NCBI GenBank assembly: GCA_017476265.1
Contig: JAFVAC010000045.1
Span: forward strand, 1 to 61,178
DNA length: 61,178 bases
Origin: Clostridia bacterium
GTDB taxonomy: Bacteria; Bacillota; Clostridia; Christensenellales; DTU072
Direction of reading: 5' to 3'
The notes under the pieces were generated by a model that saw only the letters and a list, made by a program, of their open reading frames with translations, ran no database searches and was not told where the DNA came from. This document shows positions 26,443 through 37,500 of this stretch, piece after piece; the first letter of the stretch is position 1, and each line of letters opens with the position of its first letter. Position numbers and translations under genes: made by a program.

Positions 26443-27426
26443 TTACGCGACGGTATATCGCAGACCTTGATTGATGACGATGAGCGTGACGTCGTAGTCG
26501 GCTTTTTTGTAGGTGACGGCGACTTCTCGCAGGGCGGCTCCCAGTCCGATGACGGTTTTAGCGGACTTGTAGACGATATTCAGAGTGACATATTCGTCGT
26601 CGTGGTCGATCACGAAGGCGTTCTCCACGTCATCGGGCGTGATGTACTCCGACTTGAGAGTGGGGAGGATAGAGGACGTCTCCACTCTGGTGTCGGCGCC
26701 GACGCCGGTACGCAAGGTCTTGCCGGAAGCGCCTTTTATGATCTCCGCCGAGGCATAGACGGCGTAGGGAGTCCCGTCGCCGGGTAGAACGGTCGGCTCA
26801 AGGGAGTATTCCTCTCCGACGGAGTAGGTGTAGTAGGCGGAATAGCTCTTTTCGACGCCGTCTTCGGTGACGGTGGTGGTCAGATAGGTGGACTTGATCT
26901 CGTCTTTGTCGTAGGTGACGGTGTAGACGCCGCCGGAAGCGTTCCTGCCCGATGAAAAACACCTCTTTACGCCGGCTCCGCCAAAGGTGACGACAAGGTG
27001 GTCGCTCGTCGCGTAAGCGCTCTCGCAGTCGTCCTCGTCATAGGAGAAGAAGAATGCGGAAAAGGGGAGATTTTTTAGGAATGCGGCATAACTTGCCGTA
27101 CAGGAGAGGACTTCATATCCGGACTCCTGCTGTAAAAAGAGGTACTTGGCATAATAAAAGTAAGCGTCTCCGTCGATGGAAAGGCGCATCGACTTGTCTC
27201 TCGCGTTCACCGTGCCGGAGATCTCCACGCGATCGGACCCCTCGGTGACGACGCCGTGTACGTTGATGATGTCTCGCCCGTCGAACGCCGTCTTCAAAGT
27301 CGCCGCCCGCTCCTTCGCATCATAGGTCTCCTCGACGTACGAGGCGGCGCACCCGCCGACAAACAGTGCGATCATCACGACGCACATCAGAAGGGAAAGG
27401 AGCGATGATTTCTTCATAATATCCAA
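26443..27426 (-). CDS. Hypothetical lipoprotein (327 aa)
   Basis: [23 protein letters not shown] lipobox. I recognise no family. Confidence 0.7.
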   Translation of the reverse strand: MDIMKKSSLLSLLMCVVMIALFVGGCAASYVEETYDAKERAATLKTAFDGRDIINVHGVVTEGSDRVEISGTVNARDKSMRLSIDGDAYFYYAKYLFLQQESGYEVLSCTASYAAFLKNLPFSAFFFSYDEDDCESAYATSDHLVVTFGGAGVKRCFSSGRNASGGVYTVTYDKDEIKSTYLTTTVTEDGVEKSYSAYYTYSVGEEYSLEPTVLPGDGTPYAVYASAEIIKGASGKTLRTGVGADTRVETSSILPTLKSEYITPDDVENAFVIDHDDEYVTLNIVYKSAKTVIGLGAALREVAVTYKKADYDVTLIVINQGLRYTVA

Positions 27427-27470
27427 GGTTTAGGGTCCCGAAAGTCTTGATTTTGAATGACGAACGAACA

Positions 27471-28331
27471 TTATTCGTCGGTTTCGTCAGGTTCGTCGGT
27501 GACTTCTTCCGGCTTTTGCATCTTGCCGCCGGAGATCTTGTCTAAGGGGTACGACTTTATTTCCTGACTGCCGTCTTCGGATAAGAACTTGACTTTGACC
27601 TCTTGCCGGAGCATATCGTGCCCTGCCACCAAGCCTTTGCCGTCGGGGGTATTGACGGAAGAGTTCATTTTCGGCATCTTTTTGAAGACCTCTTGGTAGT
27701 AGGGGTTTTCATACTTGAGACAGCACATCAGTTTGCCGCAGCACCCGCTGATCTTTTGCGGATTGAGGCTGAGCCCTTGGACCTTCGCCATCTTGATGGA
27801 GACCTTCTCGAAGTCGTTCAGGAAGGTGGTGCAACAGCAGGGACGACCGCAGGTCGCCAGCGCGCCGCGCATCTTGATGTCGTCGCGCTCGTAGATCTGT
27901 CGCAACTCGATCCGCACGTGGAAGACGGAGGCGAGGTCTTTCACCAACTCGCGGAAGTCCACCCTTCCTTCGGCGGTGAAGTAGACGACCACCTTTTGTC
28001 TGTCGAAGGTGTACTCCGCGTCCACGATCTTCATATTCAGGTTGTGTTTGGCGACCTTCTCTTGCGTTGTTTTGACAAGATACGCCTTTTTTTGCAGATT
28101 TTCGGCGTGGCGTACTTCGTCTTCGTAGGTGGCTTTACGCAAGATCGGACGGAGAGGCTGGACGATGGACTTGTCGGGGACCTCCTTGTTGGCGGTGCTT
28201 ACGACGCCGTATTCCTGTCCGCGTGCGGTGTCGCATACGACGCCGTCTCCTTCGTTGTATTGTTGACCCTTCGGGTCGAAATAGTAAGTTTTGCCCGAGT
28301 TTTTGTATCGGACTCCGACGATTATTGCCAT
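27471..28331 (-). CDS. yaaT: PSP1-domain protein (YaaT/RicT-like)
   Basis: MAIIVGVRYKNSGKTYYFDP...Cys cluster CGRPCCCTTFL...CCGKLMCCLKYE. It sits downstream of holB, as in Bacillus. Confidence 0.85.
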   Translation of the reverse strand: MAIIVGVRYKNSGKTYYFDPKGQQYNEGDGVVCDTARGQEYGVVSTANKEVPDKSIVQPLRPILRKATYEDEVRHAENLQKKAYLVKTTQEKVAKHNLNMKIVDAEYTFDRQKVVVYFTAEGRVDFRELVKDLASVFHVRIELRQIYERDDIKMRGALATCGRPCCCTTFLNDFEKVSIKMAKVQGLSLNPQKISGCCGKLMCCLKYENPYYQEVFKKMPKMNSSVNTPDGKGLVAGHDMLRQEVKVKFLSEDGSQEIKSYPLDKISGGKMQKPEEVTDEPDETDE

Positions 28332-29290
28332 TTATACCTTGCCTCCAGCATATCGAACAGCACCCCTTCGGCGACCGAGAGGGCTCCGACGTTATAATAC
28401 AGTTTTTTCCTGCCCTCGTTTAGTGCGTAGAGGGAGGCAGACGCGCTCTGTGGGGAGAACTTTTTTGCGATCTCGGTCAGATCGAAGTCTCTGCCCACGT
28501 TCTTGAAGGGGGCGGTGCTCCCACTCGTCTTTTTCAGGACGTCCGAGAGGATGATCTCCAGAAAGTCGAACGTCGAGAGGATGTTTTCTTTCGCAAACAG
28601 GTCGGTGTATAGCCAGTCCACGATCTGCGAGCTGTTGTTGAGGTCGAGCATCAGCCCGAAGCACCTGTCATACCGATCGGAGATCTTCGGATCGGTCAAA
28701 AAGTCGTCTGCGAGCTGAAGTTTGCCGTCGCTGATTGCCGCCGCCGTCCGCGCGCTCTTTTCATCCGCGCCGCCGCTGACGAGATAGTCCACGACTTCTT
28801 GGGGCGTCAACTCTTCCAAATGGATTTTTTTCGCACGGCTCTTGATGGTCGCAAGCAGCCCGTTCTCATTGGTCGCTCCGAGGAGGATGACAACGTATTT
28901 CGGCGGCTCTTCATAGGTCTTTAGGAGCTTGTTCTGCGCCTGCGGACTGAGTTTGTCCGCGTTGTTGATCAAGTAGACTTTGTAGTCGCCCATGACAGGT
29001 CGGACGGAAGCGCTCTCGGTCAAAGCGTCCACGTCGGGGACCTTCATATCCGCCCCGTCGAAGTACTTGACGTCGAGATAGTTCTTCTCCTCGATGGCGC
29101 GGCATACGTCGCACTCGCCGCAGGCGTTTTTACAAAAGATCCTCTGCGCGGCGAGAGTCAAAAAGACGCTGCGCACCACATCGTCCTCGCAGTAGACGAG
29201 GTAGGCGTGCCCGAGCCCCCCGTCGCAGTCGGCGGCGAAGGTCCGATAGGCGGAGCGCCTTTTGATAGCCTGCGTCAGGTCGAACGTCAC
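28322..29290 (-). CDS. holB: DNA polymerase III subunit delta prime
   Basis: GLGHAYLVY..., Zn-module-like CGECDVCRAIE, and its position between tmk and yaaT. The GTG start overlaps the tmk stop (GTGA). Confidence 0.8.
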   Translation of the reverse strand: MTFDLTQAIKRRSAYRTFAADCDGGLGHAYLVYCEDDVVRSVFLTLAAQRIFCKNACGECDVCRAIEEKNYLDVKYFDGADMKVPDVDALTESASVRPVMGDYKVYLINNADKLSPQAQNKLLKTYEEPPKYVVILLGATNENGLLATIKSRAKKIHLEELTPQEVVDYLVSGGADEKSARTAAAISDGKLQLADDFLTDPKISDRYDRCFGLMLDLNNSSQIVDWLYTDLFAKENILSTFDFLEIILSDVLKKTSGSTAPFKNVGRDFDLTEIAKKFSPQSASASLYALNEGRKKLYYNVGALSVAEGVLFDMLEARYKWQ

Positions 29291-29916
29291 CGTATCAGCC
29301 CCCTTGACCGCAGGGCGTCAACGATCTTGCGATGGGTGGCGTCTTTTTCTACCTCGGGGACGATGGAGAGGAAGTTGCTCCGGTTTTTTTCCGCGTGCTT
29401 CAACCCTTCGTACACGCGCAGATGGAACTCGTCTTTTTCCCGCTCCATACGGTCGTTTTCGACGACGTGTCCTTTCCGACGGCGCCAGCTGTCGAGCGGG
29501 TTCATGTCGATGAAGACGACTCCGTCGGGCAGACAGTGCTTGACGGCGTAGTCGTTGATCTCGAGGACCTTGTCGTAGCCGAGATCTCTCCCGAATCCCT
29601 GATAGGCGAGCGAGCTGTCAAGGTAGCGGTCGCACACGACCAGTTTTCCCTCGTCCATGGCGGGCAAGATCTTGTGTTGTATGTGGTCGCACCGCGCCGC
29701 GGCGAAAAGAAGGGCCTCGGTCTCGGCGTCCATCTCGCTCGTCAGAATGATCTCGCGGATCTTTTCGGCAAGCGGCGTTCCGCCCGGCTCCCGCGTATAG
29801 ACGGCGTCCTGTCCGGTCCGCTCCAAGTATTCTTTCAAAAAGCGCAACTGCGTGGACTTGCCTACGCCTTCGCACCCCTCCAACACGATAAATTTTCCTC
29901 TCATAGTATGCCTCAT
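29287..29916 (-). CDS. tmk: Thymidylate kinase
   Basis: P-loop FIVLEGCEGVGKSTQ, DRYLDSSLAYQG, LID region. Confidence 0.9.
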   Translation of the reverse strand: MRHTMRGKFIVLEGCEGVGKSTQLRFLKEYLERTGQDAVYTREPGGTPLAEKIREIILTSEMDAETEALLFAAARCDHIQHKILPAMDEGKLVVCDRYLDSSLAYQGFGRDLGYDKVLEINDYAVKHCLPDGVVFIDMNPLDSWRRRKGHVVENDRMEREKDEFHLRVYEGLKHAEKNRSNFLSIVPEVEKDATHRKIVDALRSRGLIR

Positions 29917-29918
29917 TA

Positions 29919-31163
29919 TCAGTTTATCACACGCAGCCGTCCGTTTTCAAGACCGAAGGTCTTTTCCGGGTCGCTTTTCAAAAATTCGACGATCCGATCG
30001 GTCACGACGTCCCCGGCGTATAGAAGCGGTACACCCGGCGGGTACAGACCCACTTCCGAAAAGGACCGTTTTCCGACCGCCTTTTCCAAAGGCACAAGCG
30101 TCCACCCTGCGCCGAACGATAACTCGGTCGGGTGGGGGTGCGGACGGAAGGGACTCTGTCGTTCGACATACGCCCTTTGCGGGGGAAGTTCTTCCAGCAC
30201 GCGACGAAGGGTGGGCAGGAAGAAAAAGTTGGCGCAGGTGACGATAAAGACCACCTTGTTTTCGTAGCTTGTCTCGCAGACGAATCCTCTTTCGTACAGC
30301 GCCTCGGCGACCGCCGCTCCGTCATAGGGAGACTCCACGACGAGGCGTGAAAAGTCGTCTGTAGGCACTACCCGATACGGTGCGGAAAGGCTTTTCGTAA
30401 AGTCGTCGATCGCTCGGTAGATATCGTCGTAAATCTTTTCTCCTTCGGACAAGAACCGCTTGACGGCAAGTTCTATCGAACACATCACGATGTAGTTGGG
30501 ACTGGTGGTGTGTAAAAGATTCCGCGCGTATTTTGCCTTGTCGAAGAACTTTTCTTTGCAGACAAGGACGCTCCCGCCCGTCAGGACGGGTAATGTCTTG
30601 TGGACGCTTAAGATAACCAGATCGCCATATTCGGAAGCCGAAACGGGCAGTTTTGACGAAAAAGCAAAGTGTGCTCCGTGCGCGGAGTCCACGATGAGAG
30701 TCAAACTCTTTTGCCGAAGATTTTTGCCGATACTATCCAGCGGCAACGTCTTTCCGAAATAGTCGGGCGAAGTGAGGACGACGGTCTTGACGTCCTCCGG
30801 TACGTCGGAGTAGTCGTACGGCTCGTCCACATGATACGCCTTGGTCCCGAAGAGTCGGAGGGCATTGTAGACCGAGAGGTGGGCTTTTCCCACGACGAGG
30901 AAGGCGCCGTCGTCCTTGGTCGCATAGATCGCCTGCATAATGTTGTGCGTTGCGCCCTGCGTAGATAAAAAGGCGGCTTCCGCGCGATAGGCGGAAGCCA
31001 AAAACTTTTCCAGATCCTTGATCGCACCCGTGGGGGTGGCGAGGTTGTCGGAATAGGGCAGTTCGGTCACGTCGGTCTTCCACAAATCGGGCGGTAGTTC
31101 TCCGTGCCCGGGGGTGTGGAAGCGGATCTTCTGCGCGTTGGACAGGACGCTGTCGTACAGCAT
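29919..31163 (-). CDS. Orn/Lys/Arg decarboxylase-family PLP enzyme (YaaO-like)
   Basis: RFHTPGHG and the SVHKTLP PLP-lysine motif. The real start MLYDSV at 31163 overlaps the lysS stop by 1 nt (TAATG). The 505-aa track ORF is an artefactual 5-prime extension. Confidence 0.8.
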   Translation of the reverse strand: MLYDSVLSNAQKIRFHTPGHGELPPDLWKTDVTELPYSDNLATPTGAIKDLEKFLASAYRAEAAFLSTQGATHNIMQAIYATKDDGAFLVVGKAHLSVYNALRLFGTKAYHVDEPYDYSDVPEDVKTVVLTSPDYFGKTLPLDSIGKNLRQKSLTLIVDSAHGAHFAFSSKLPVSASEYGDLVILSVHKTLPVLTGGSVLVCKEKFFDKAKYARNLLHTTSPNYIVMCSIELAVKRFLSEGEKIYDDIYRAIDDFTKSLSAPYRVVPTDDFSRLVVESPYDGAAVAEALYERGFVCETSYENKVVFIVTCANFFFLPTLRRVLEELPPQRAYVERQSPFRPHPHPTELSFGAGWTLVPLEKAVGKRSFSEVGLYPPGVPLLYAGDVVTDRIVEFLKSDPEKTFGLENGRLRVIN

Positions 31164-32650
31164 TATTTCTTCGGTTTCATCGTCGGGAAGAGGAGCACGT
31201 CGCGGATGGAGTAGGTGTCGGTCAGGATCATCACCATGCGGTCGATCCCGATCCCCAGCCCGCCCGTCGGGGGCATGCCGTACTCGAGCGCGTTGACGAA
31301 ATCCTCGTCCATAAACTGCGCCTCGTCGTCGCCTTTGGCTCTTTCTCTCGCTTGTTGCTCGAATCTGCCCCGTTGGTCGATGGGGTCGTTGAGCTCGCTG
31401 AACGCGTTGCCGATCTCTCTCGCCATCATGAAGCACTCGAAGCGTTCGGTCAGTCTCTTGTCGCTCGGTTTACGCTTTGCGAGAGGACTGACTTCCACCG
31501 GATAGTCGATGATGAAGATGGGCTGGATCAGTTTTTCTTCCACCTTTTGGTCGAATACTTCGTAGAGCGCTTTGCCCCAGCTCTCGCCGTCGTCGATCTC
31601 CACGCCGATCTTTTTAGCCTGCGCGATAAGATCTTCGGTCGTCCCTTGCGAAAAGTCGATGCCGGTGTACGTCTTGACCGCGTCGAGCATGGTCATACGC
31701 GGCCATTTTTGACCGAAATGAAGGGTCTGCCCCTGATATACGACGTCTTCCGTGTGCAAAACTTCTTGCGCGCAATAGCGGAACAGTCCTTCGGTGATGT
31801 CCATCATATCGTTGTAATCGGCATACGCCTGATACAGTTCGATGGTGGTGAATTCCGGGTTGTGGTTGACGTCCATACCCTCGTTGCGGAAGATCCTGCC
31901 GATTTCGAAAACTTTGTCGAAACCGCCGACGATCAAACGCTTCAGATACAGTTCGGTCGCGATACGCATGTACATATCGATGTCGAGCGCGTTGTGGTGC
32001 GTGATGAAGGGACGGGCGTTGGCTCCGCCGGGGATGCTGTTAAGCACGGGCGTCTCCACTTCGATGAACCCGATACTTTCCATATACGAACGGATGCAGG
32101 AGATGATCTTGCTACGCTTTTTGAAGACGTCCATCACTTCCGGGTTGGCGATGAGGTCGACGTATCTTTGGCGATATCTGAGGTCGGTGTCCTGCAAGCC
32201 GTGGTACTTTTCGGGCAAGGGCAGGAGGGACTTGGACAAAAGCACCGCCTTGGTGATCTTGACGCTGACCTCGCCCGTGTGGGTGGTGAAGACTTCGCCG
32301 GTCAGGCCCAAAATGTCGCCGATGTCCCACTTTTTGAATTCGGCGTATTCCGCTTCGCCCACGTCGTCGCGGCGGAAGTATGCCTGAATGGGGGTGCCGC
32401 AGTCGAGGATGTGAGCAAAAGACGCCTTGCCCATGATGCGGCGGCGGATCATACGCCCGGCAAAGGAGATCTCCTTGCCTTCGTAGGACGCGTAGTCGTT
32501 GAGGACGTCGGAAGCTTTGGCGGTCACGACGAACTTGGTGATCTCAAACGGGTCCTTGCCCGCGGCGACCAGTTCGTTAAGTTTCATTCTGCGGACGGCA
32601 GCCGCTTCCGTGACGTCGATTTCGGGTGCTTTGTTTTCGATTTCTGACAT
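31163..32650 (-). CDS. lysS: Lysine--tRNA ligase (class II), 495 aa
   Basis: Class II motifs FRNEGMDVNHNPEFT and GGLGIGIDRMVM. Start MSEIENK at 32650. The track ORF up to 33202 runs over greA in another frame. Confidence 0.9.
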   Translation of the reverse strand: MSEIENKAPEIDVTEAAAVRRMKLNELVAAGKDPFEITKFVVTAKASDVLNDYASYEGKEISFAGRMIRRRIMGKASFAHILDCGTPIQAYFRRDDVGEAEYAEFKKWDIGDILGLTGEVFTTHTGEVSVKITKAVLLSKSLLPLPEKYHGLQDTDLRYRQRYVDLIANPEVMDVFKKRSKIISCIRSYMESIGFIEVETPVLNSIPGGANARPFITHHNALDIDMYMRIATELYLKRLIVGGFDKVFEIGRIFRNEGMDVNHNPEFTTIELYQAYADYNDMMDITEGLFRYCAQEVLHTEDVVYQGQTLHFGQKWPRMTMLDAVKTYTGIDFSQGTTEDLIAQAKKIGVEIDDGESWGKALYEVFDQKVEEKLIQPIFIIDYPVEVSPLAKRKPSDKRLTERFECFMMAREIGNAFSELNDPIDQRGRFEQQARERAKGDDEAQFMDEDFVNALEYGMPPTGGLGIGIDRMVMILTDTYSIRDVLLFPTMKPKK

Positions 32651-32700
32651 AGTTTTCTCCGATGTTTGCCGTTTATCGGCGCAAAAATGGTGTTTTTGGA

Positions 32701-33171
32701 CTACTTGGAGATCTTGACGATCTTCATTCCGAGGGGACCGGCGGGGGTCTGCGCGTAGACCGTCTCGCCCTTGGAGTGTCCGACCAGCGCCTTCCCGATG
32801 GGGCTCTTGTCGCTGATCTTCAGCTCGCGGGAGTTGGCTTCCAGCGTGGAGACCAAAGTGTAGGTGACCTCTTCGTTTTCCTCCAGGTCGAGGACGGTGA
32901 CCACGTTGCCGATCGAGATGGTCTTGGTGTTGATGGCGCTTTCGTCCATGATGATCGCGTCGGACAAGATGCCCTTCAAGCGTTCGATCTCGATCTCGTT
33001 CGCCTCTTGCTCGTTCTTGGCGGCGGAGTACTCCGCGTTTTCGGACAAGTCGCCGAATTCTCTCGCCACTTTGATGGCGTCGGAGATCTCCTTCCGTTTG
33101 GTGGTGGAGCGATAGTCGAGTTCCGCTTGCAGTTCGTTGTACTTGGTCTGCGTGATAGTGTTGCCTGCCAT
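32701..33171 (-). CDS. greA: Transcription elongation factor GreA
   Basis: AREFGDLSENAEYSAAKNEQ and a C-terminal ...SPIGKALVGH motif. Confidence 0.9.
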   Translation of the reverse strand: MAGNTITQTKYNELQAELDYRSTTKRKEISDAIKVAREFGDLSENAEYSAAKNEQEANEIEIERLKGILSDAIIMDESAINTKTISIGNVVTVLDLEENEEVTYTLVSTLEANSRELKISDKSPIGKALVGHSKGETVYAQTPAGPLGMKIVKISK

Positions 33172-33258
33172 GATGTTGTTCCTCCGTGCGGTCTTTCCGC
33201 AAAAAATTTCATAACGCGCAAAAAACCCTTTTCGGGTTTCGGGGCTTTGCGTTTGATT

Positions 33259-33287
33259 ATTATATTATATATATTTTACAAAGTCAA
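33259..33287 (-). promoter_or_regulatory. Consensus sigma-A-type promoter of the greA-lysS-...-yaaT operon
   Basis: On the minus strand: TTGACT (33287-33282), 17 nt, TATAAT (33264-33259). Confidence 0.6.
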
Positions 33288-33480
33288 GCGGAAAGCCGTC
33301 CTTTCTTCGGCGTATCCGCAAAAAAGAAGGAGTCGGAAAGCCGCCTTTTTCGTACGCTGCCGAGGCCGTCGATCGGGAGACTTCCCGTTCCGCGTCAGCG
33401 GGGAAAAGGTCTTCGATTGTGAAATCGAAAAACAAGATGTCGGGTCCCATAATTTTATTTTAGGGACCCTAAATCAAGAA

Positions 33481-34209
33481 TTACAATCTGTCAAACACTT
33501 CGGCGATGTCATCGTGGAAGACGAGGTCGGCATAGCCGTCGGCACCCGTCACGGACTTGTTGATGAGGACGAGGTGTTTGCCGTGGAAGTCGTAGACGAA
33601 GGACGCCGCGGGGTAGACGGCGAGAGAGGTCCCGCCCACAATCAGAAGATCCGCCTCCGACGTGTAGAGGGCGGCGAGCGTCAGATCGCGCTCGTCCAAC
33701 GCTTCTCCGTAGAGGACGACGTCGGGCTTGACGATCCCTCCGCAGGGACAGACGGGGACGCCTTTGCACTGCAAGACGTACGACAGGTCAAAGGACTTGC
33801 CGCAAGACAGACAGTGATTTCTGTGGGCGCTCCCGTGCAGTTCGACGACGTTTTTACTGCCGGCGATCCGGTGCAATCCGTCGATGTTCTGCGTGATGAC
33901 GGCGCGGAGTTTGCCGGCTTTTTCCAGCTCCGCCAACTTGCGGTGCGCAGCGTTCGGCTTGGCGTTCGGGAAGAGCATTTTGTCGCGGTAAAAGGCGTAG
34001 AAGTCGGCGGTGTTGCGATAAAAGAACGGCGCGCTGACGATCTCCTCGGGCGACAGTTCGGCATTTTTGACGAAGACGCCCTTCGCGCTCCGGAAGTCCG
34101 GTATGCCGCTTGCGGTGGACACGCCCGCCCCGCCGAAAAAGACGGTGCTCTTACTCTTGTCGATCATCTCGCGGAACCGCGCCAGTTTTTCTTCCGATAT
34201 CATTTTCAC
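33481..34209 (-). CDS. cobB: NAD-dependent protein deacylase (Sir2 family)
   Basis: GAGVSTASGIPDFRS, QNIDGLH, Zn ribbon CLSCG...CPCGG. Confidence 0.85.
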   Translation of the reverse strand: MKMISEEKLARFREMIDKSKSTVFFGGAGVSTASGIPDFRSAKGVFVKNAELSPEEIVSAPFFYRNTADFYAFYRDKMLFPNAKPNAAHRKLAELEKAGKLRAVITQNIDGLHRIAGSKNVVELHGSAHRNHCLSCGKSFDLSYVLQCKGVPVCPCGGIVKPDVVLYGEALDERDLTLAALYTSEADLLIVGGTSLAVYPAASFVYDFHGKHLVLINKSVTGADGYADLVFHDDIAEVFDRL

Positions 34210-34358
34210 TCCAAAGGACAGAAGTCTCTTTTTTCAGCATACCACGACGGAAGCGTTTTTGCAACGCGATTTCGGCAAAGTGGGTCCGTCCGCTCTGCGG
34301 GATCGGCGACCTCAACATATTGTGTCCGTCCGGACTTTAATATATAATATTAAGGGGG

Positions 34359-34387
34359 TTGACTTTTTTTTGTGCGTGCGTTATAAT
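34359..34387 (+). promoter_or_regulatory. Consensus sigma-A-type promoter of the giant gene
   Basis: TTGACT 34359-34364, exactly 17 nt, TATAAT 34382-34387. A leader of about 70 nt with an AAAGGG/CCCTTT hairpin follows, then GGAG at 34452-34455. Confidence 0.65.
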
Positions 34388-34461
34388 ATCCGTAGGGCAA
34401 AAGGGCGAACTATACCCTTTTCGGCCCGGACGAGAAGCGTAAACAAGAATCGGAGATAAAA

Positions 34462-34545
34462 ATGAAGTCCAAATCAAGATCGATCCTAACGAAAATTTTG
34501 CTGTTGCTGTTGTGCGCGGCACTGGCTTTTGCCGTGGCGGCGTGC
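34462..34545 (+). other. Lipoprotein signal peptide of the giant ORF (lipobox V-A-A-C, Cys28)
   Basis: MKSKSRSILTKILLLLLCAALAFAVAAC|SQRE has a basic n-region, a Leu-rich h-region and a lipobox. The Cys codon is 34543-34545. Confidence 0.8.
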
Positions 34546-37500
34546 TCGCAGCGCGAGACGGCCGGAGACGGTACGGGTGACGATAACAACGGAGGAGGCG
34601 GGATCCAAAGGACCTCCACCTTTGAACAGCTCGATCTGAAAGCGGCGCAAGAGTATATGCGCCGTTACGCCAACAACATCGCTCCCGCGTTCGATACCGA
34701 CGATCCCGAATGGTTCAGCCTGGACTTCTCCATCGGGTTCAACGTCAACGCGTACGAAAAGGTGGACGGGGTGTATACCGATTCTCTCAACCCCAACGCG
34801 ACCCAGATCAATCTCGTCCTTACCGTGCAAGCGGTCTTCAATCTGAAAGACAACGCCAACACCTCCGCTCTTATCCAGCTCGTCGATTCCAACAGCGGCA
34901 AGACGGTGTTGGGCATTTATTACTACGACTCTACTCTCTATCTGAGCTTCGGGCGTAAGGTGGACGGACGTTTTGCCGAGACCAAGTACTATCTCGAACA
35001 GATCAATATGAGCCAGGTCGGCAACGCGCTCTATAACGTCTTCAAGGGACTGAAAGAAGAGAAGGATATCGACCTCGTACCTTTCATCGCCAGGATCCTC
35101 ACCGGTCAGTTGGATATCTCCGTGCCTTTAGGCAAGTTCGACCTCAAGTCCATGATGGGTACGATCTGGTTGATCCTGTTCAGGACCGACGCCATGATGG
35201 AGACGACCTACGACGAGATGACCCGCATCATCACGCAGTACTTCAATATCGACATGGTCATGGGCATGATCAAGTCCCGCAAGATCGAACTTTTGGGCAG
35301 CACCATCATAGAAGACATCTCCTGGACGGGATTCGGCCTGCCCGATCTCGACCCGCTCTTGCATAAAGTTCTCGGGTTCGGTCTGGACAGCGTCTTAGCC
35401 AAAGATTGGCCCTCGATGACGATGGGCTGGAACTTCATCTCCGAAAAGAAGGGCGTCAAGGCGAACGACGGTACCATCGTACAGGACTACGTCTTCCGCG
35501 GGTTCGACATCAACATCCTTGCCGAGACGGGCGAGTACGACGTCACCATCAAGGCGGATCCCTTCCGTCTGGCGGCGGGCTCCACCAACGAAATGCGTAT
35601 CACCGACTTAAAGAACTACAAACTCGGCGAGGCGAACAAGGACAAAGAGTGGTTCCGCGGCAGTCTGACCAACCTGGAAGCCAACGTTCAGCTCGCCGTC
35701 AACGCGGAAAAGGAGGAGCAACTGACCATCAACAGCCTGCTTGGCAATCTCTTGGGCGATCTGGGCGCCGTTGGGCAGATACCGCTCAATATTTCCGGCA
35801 ATTCGCACTATGTATTCGACCTGAAAGCGGCGGTCAGCCTGGATCTTTTCAACAACAAAAACAACAAAGCGCAGGTGACGTTGAAGTACAACGGAGCCGA
35901 AGTCTTTTCGATCTATCTCGTGCCCGATCTGCAGATGGAACAGGGGAGCAGTATCCTCTACAACACGCTCTATATAGACACGAGCAATCTGACCAGCGGA
36001 GGGACGCAGATGATCCCGCAGCTACGCTGGCCCAAGTTGAATCTGACCGAATTGTTGGTCCACCAGGACGATGATCCGGCGAAGTGCGGACCGCTTGCCA
36101 AGTACATGAAGTACATAGACCCGTACTACGCCAACACCACGACGGCGACCCGTCCGTCCAATGCCGCCGGCGACGGCGAAGAGGAGGGGCTGGACATCAA
36201 GGCTCTGTTGAGCGTCTTCCTCGAACAGGACGAAAATCACGAACTGAAGCACTTCACTTTCCCGGAAGGGAACAACAGGAAGTTCGACATACATCTGGAC
36301 AATCACGCCATCAACGAGTTGATCGACGTCTTCGTCCCCGCGAAAGCCGGCGCCAACGTCGGCATCTACGGCGTATCGGTGGGACTGGACTTTGCCAAGC
36401 CCTTCGACTCCATTCGGGTCAAACTCAATGTCACCGAAGATATGAGCATTTCCGTCGGGATCGGCAGCGACAATCCGGACGGCACCTACAACAGGGGCAT
36501 CAGCTATCTGAAAGATCCGGTCTTTGAGATGACCGCGGTCGGTATCGACGCAGACGGCAATATTATGGAGAACGCCGAGGCGCTCCGCAGCGACTATAAG
36601 AGCATAGAGGGTGCGCTGGACTACGGCGCGACGGTGACCGGGCACTTGACTCTGGGCAGCAATGCGGGCACGGAGATCGACCTGTCCGGCATTATGCAGT
36701 CCATCATCGAAAACGTATTTTTGGCGATCGGCATCGAGTCGTCGAGCGCGCTTTCGATCGAGTACGAGATACAAGCCGGTATCAACCTCCTCCGTATCCC
36801 GGACGTCGGACTGCTCATCAATCTGTATCTGACCGACCTGAACGGACGCAGACTGTTCGCCTATCCCTTCCTGACCCTTTATTACGAGGGCTCTTCCGAC
36901 ACGTTGTACATCAATACGCAGGTCAGCGCGACGGAGGATATGGTCACGCAGCTCAACTCCGTCCTGCCGCTTACCAAGGTCATAGACGGCAAGATACCCA
37001 AGTTGTCGTTAGCCAACGTGGGCATCCGGTCCGCTCTGTCCAATCTGGGCATAGACCTGTCCGGCATCTATAACGTCATCAACGGCGTCGGGACCGCGTA
37101 TAATCTGGCGGTCAACGCCGACGGCACGATAGACGTCGAATACGACCGCGAGGGCGAGCATCTGTTCTCCTTGATCGGTTCCATCGTCAGGATGGCGCCC
37201 GGCGAATCGGACGGCTCCAAAGAAGATGGTCCGGATATCATGGGACTGATCGGCAGCGCGATCCACTCCGTGGACGTGACCGACGGTCTGATCGAAGTGG
37301 TCGTCAATGCCGAACTGCTCGGTGTCGTGCTGCAACTGGCGCACGTCGATATCACGGGCGAAGTCCCGCAAATCAACGGCAATCTCCGCGTCCACCTCGG
37401 CACGCAGAGAAGAAAGGACGCCGAAGGCAACTATCTCTATAAAGAAGTCTATACCAACGACAAAGGGGAGAGAGCCGTCCGCGTCTTCTCGTACTACTTC

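Noticed and set aside
29919-33202. Track ORF extents 29919..31436 (505 aa) and 31163..33202 (679 aa).
   Set aside because: The N-terminal 91 and 184 residues are Arg/Asp/His-rich read-through over lysS and greA in other frames. Family alignment and RBS positions support the starts at 31163 and 32650.
774-34347. Long antisense or off-frame ORFs over ordinary genes: 774..1691 (+), 4383..5525 (+), 6842..7555 (+), 8145..9188 (-), 10250..11149 (-), 17247..18074 (-), 18803..20470 (-), 22666..23943 (-), 27603..28397 (+), 29332..30267 (+), 31352..32647 (+) and 32662..34347 (+).
   Set aside because: Each overlaps a gene on the other strand that has clear family motifs. Their own translations are low-complexity Arg/Gly/Val/Asp-rich, typical of GC3-driven shadow ORFs.
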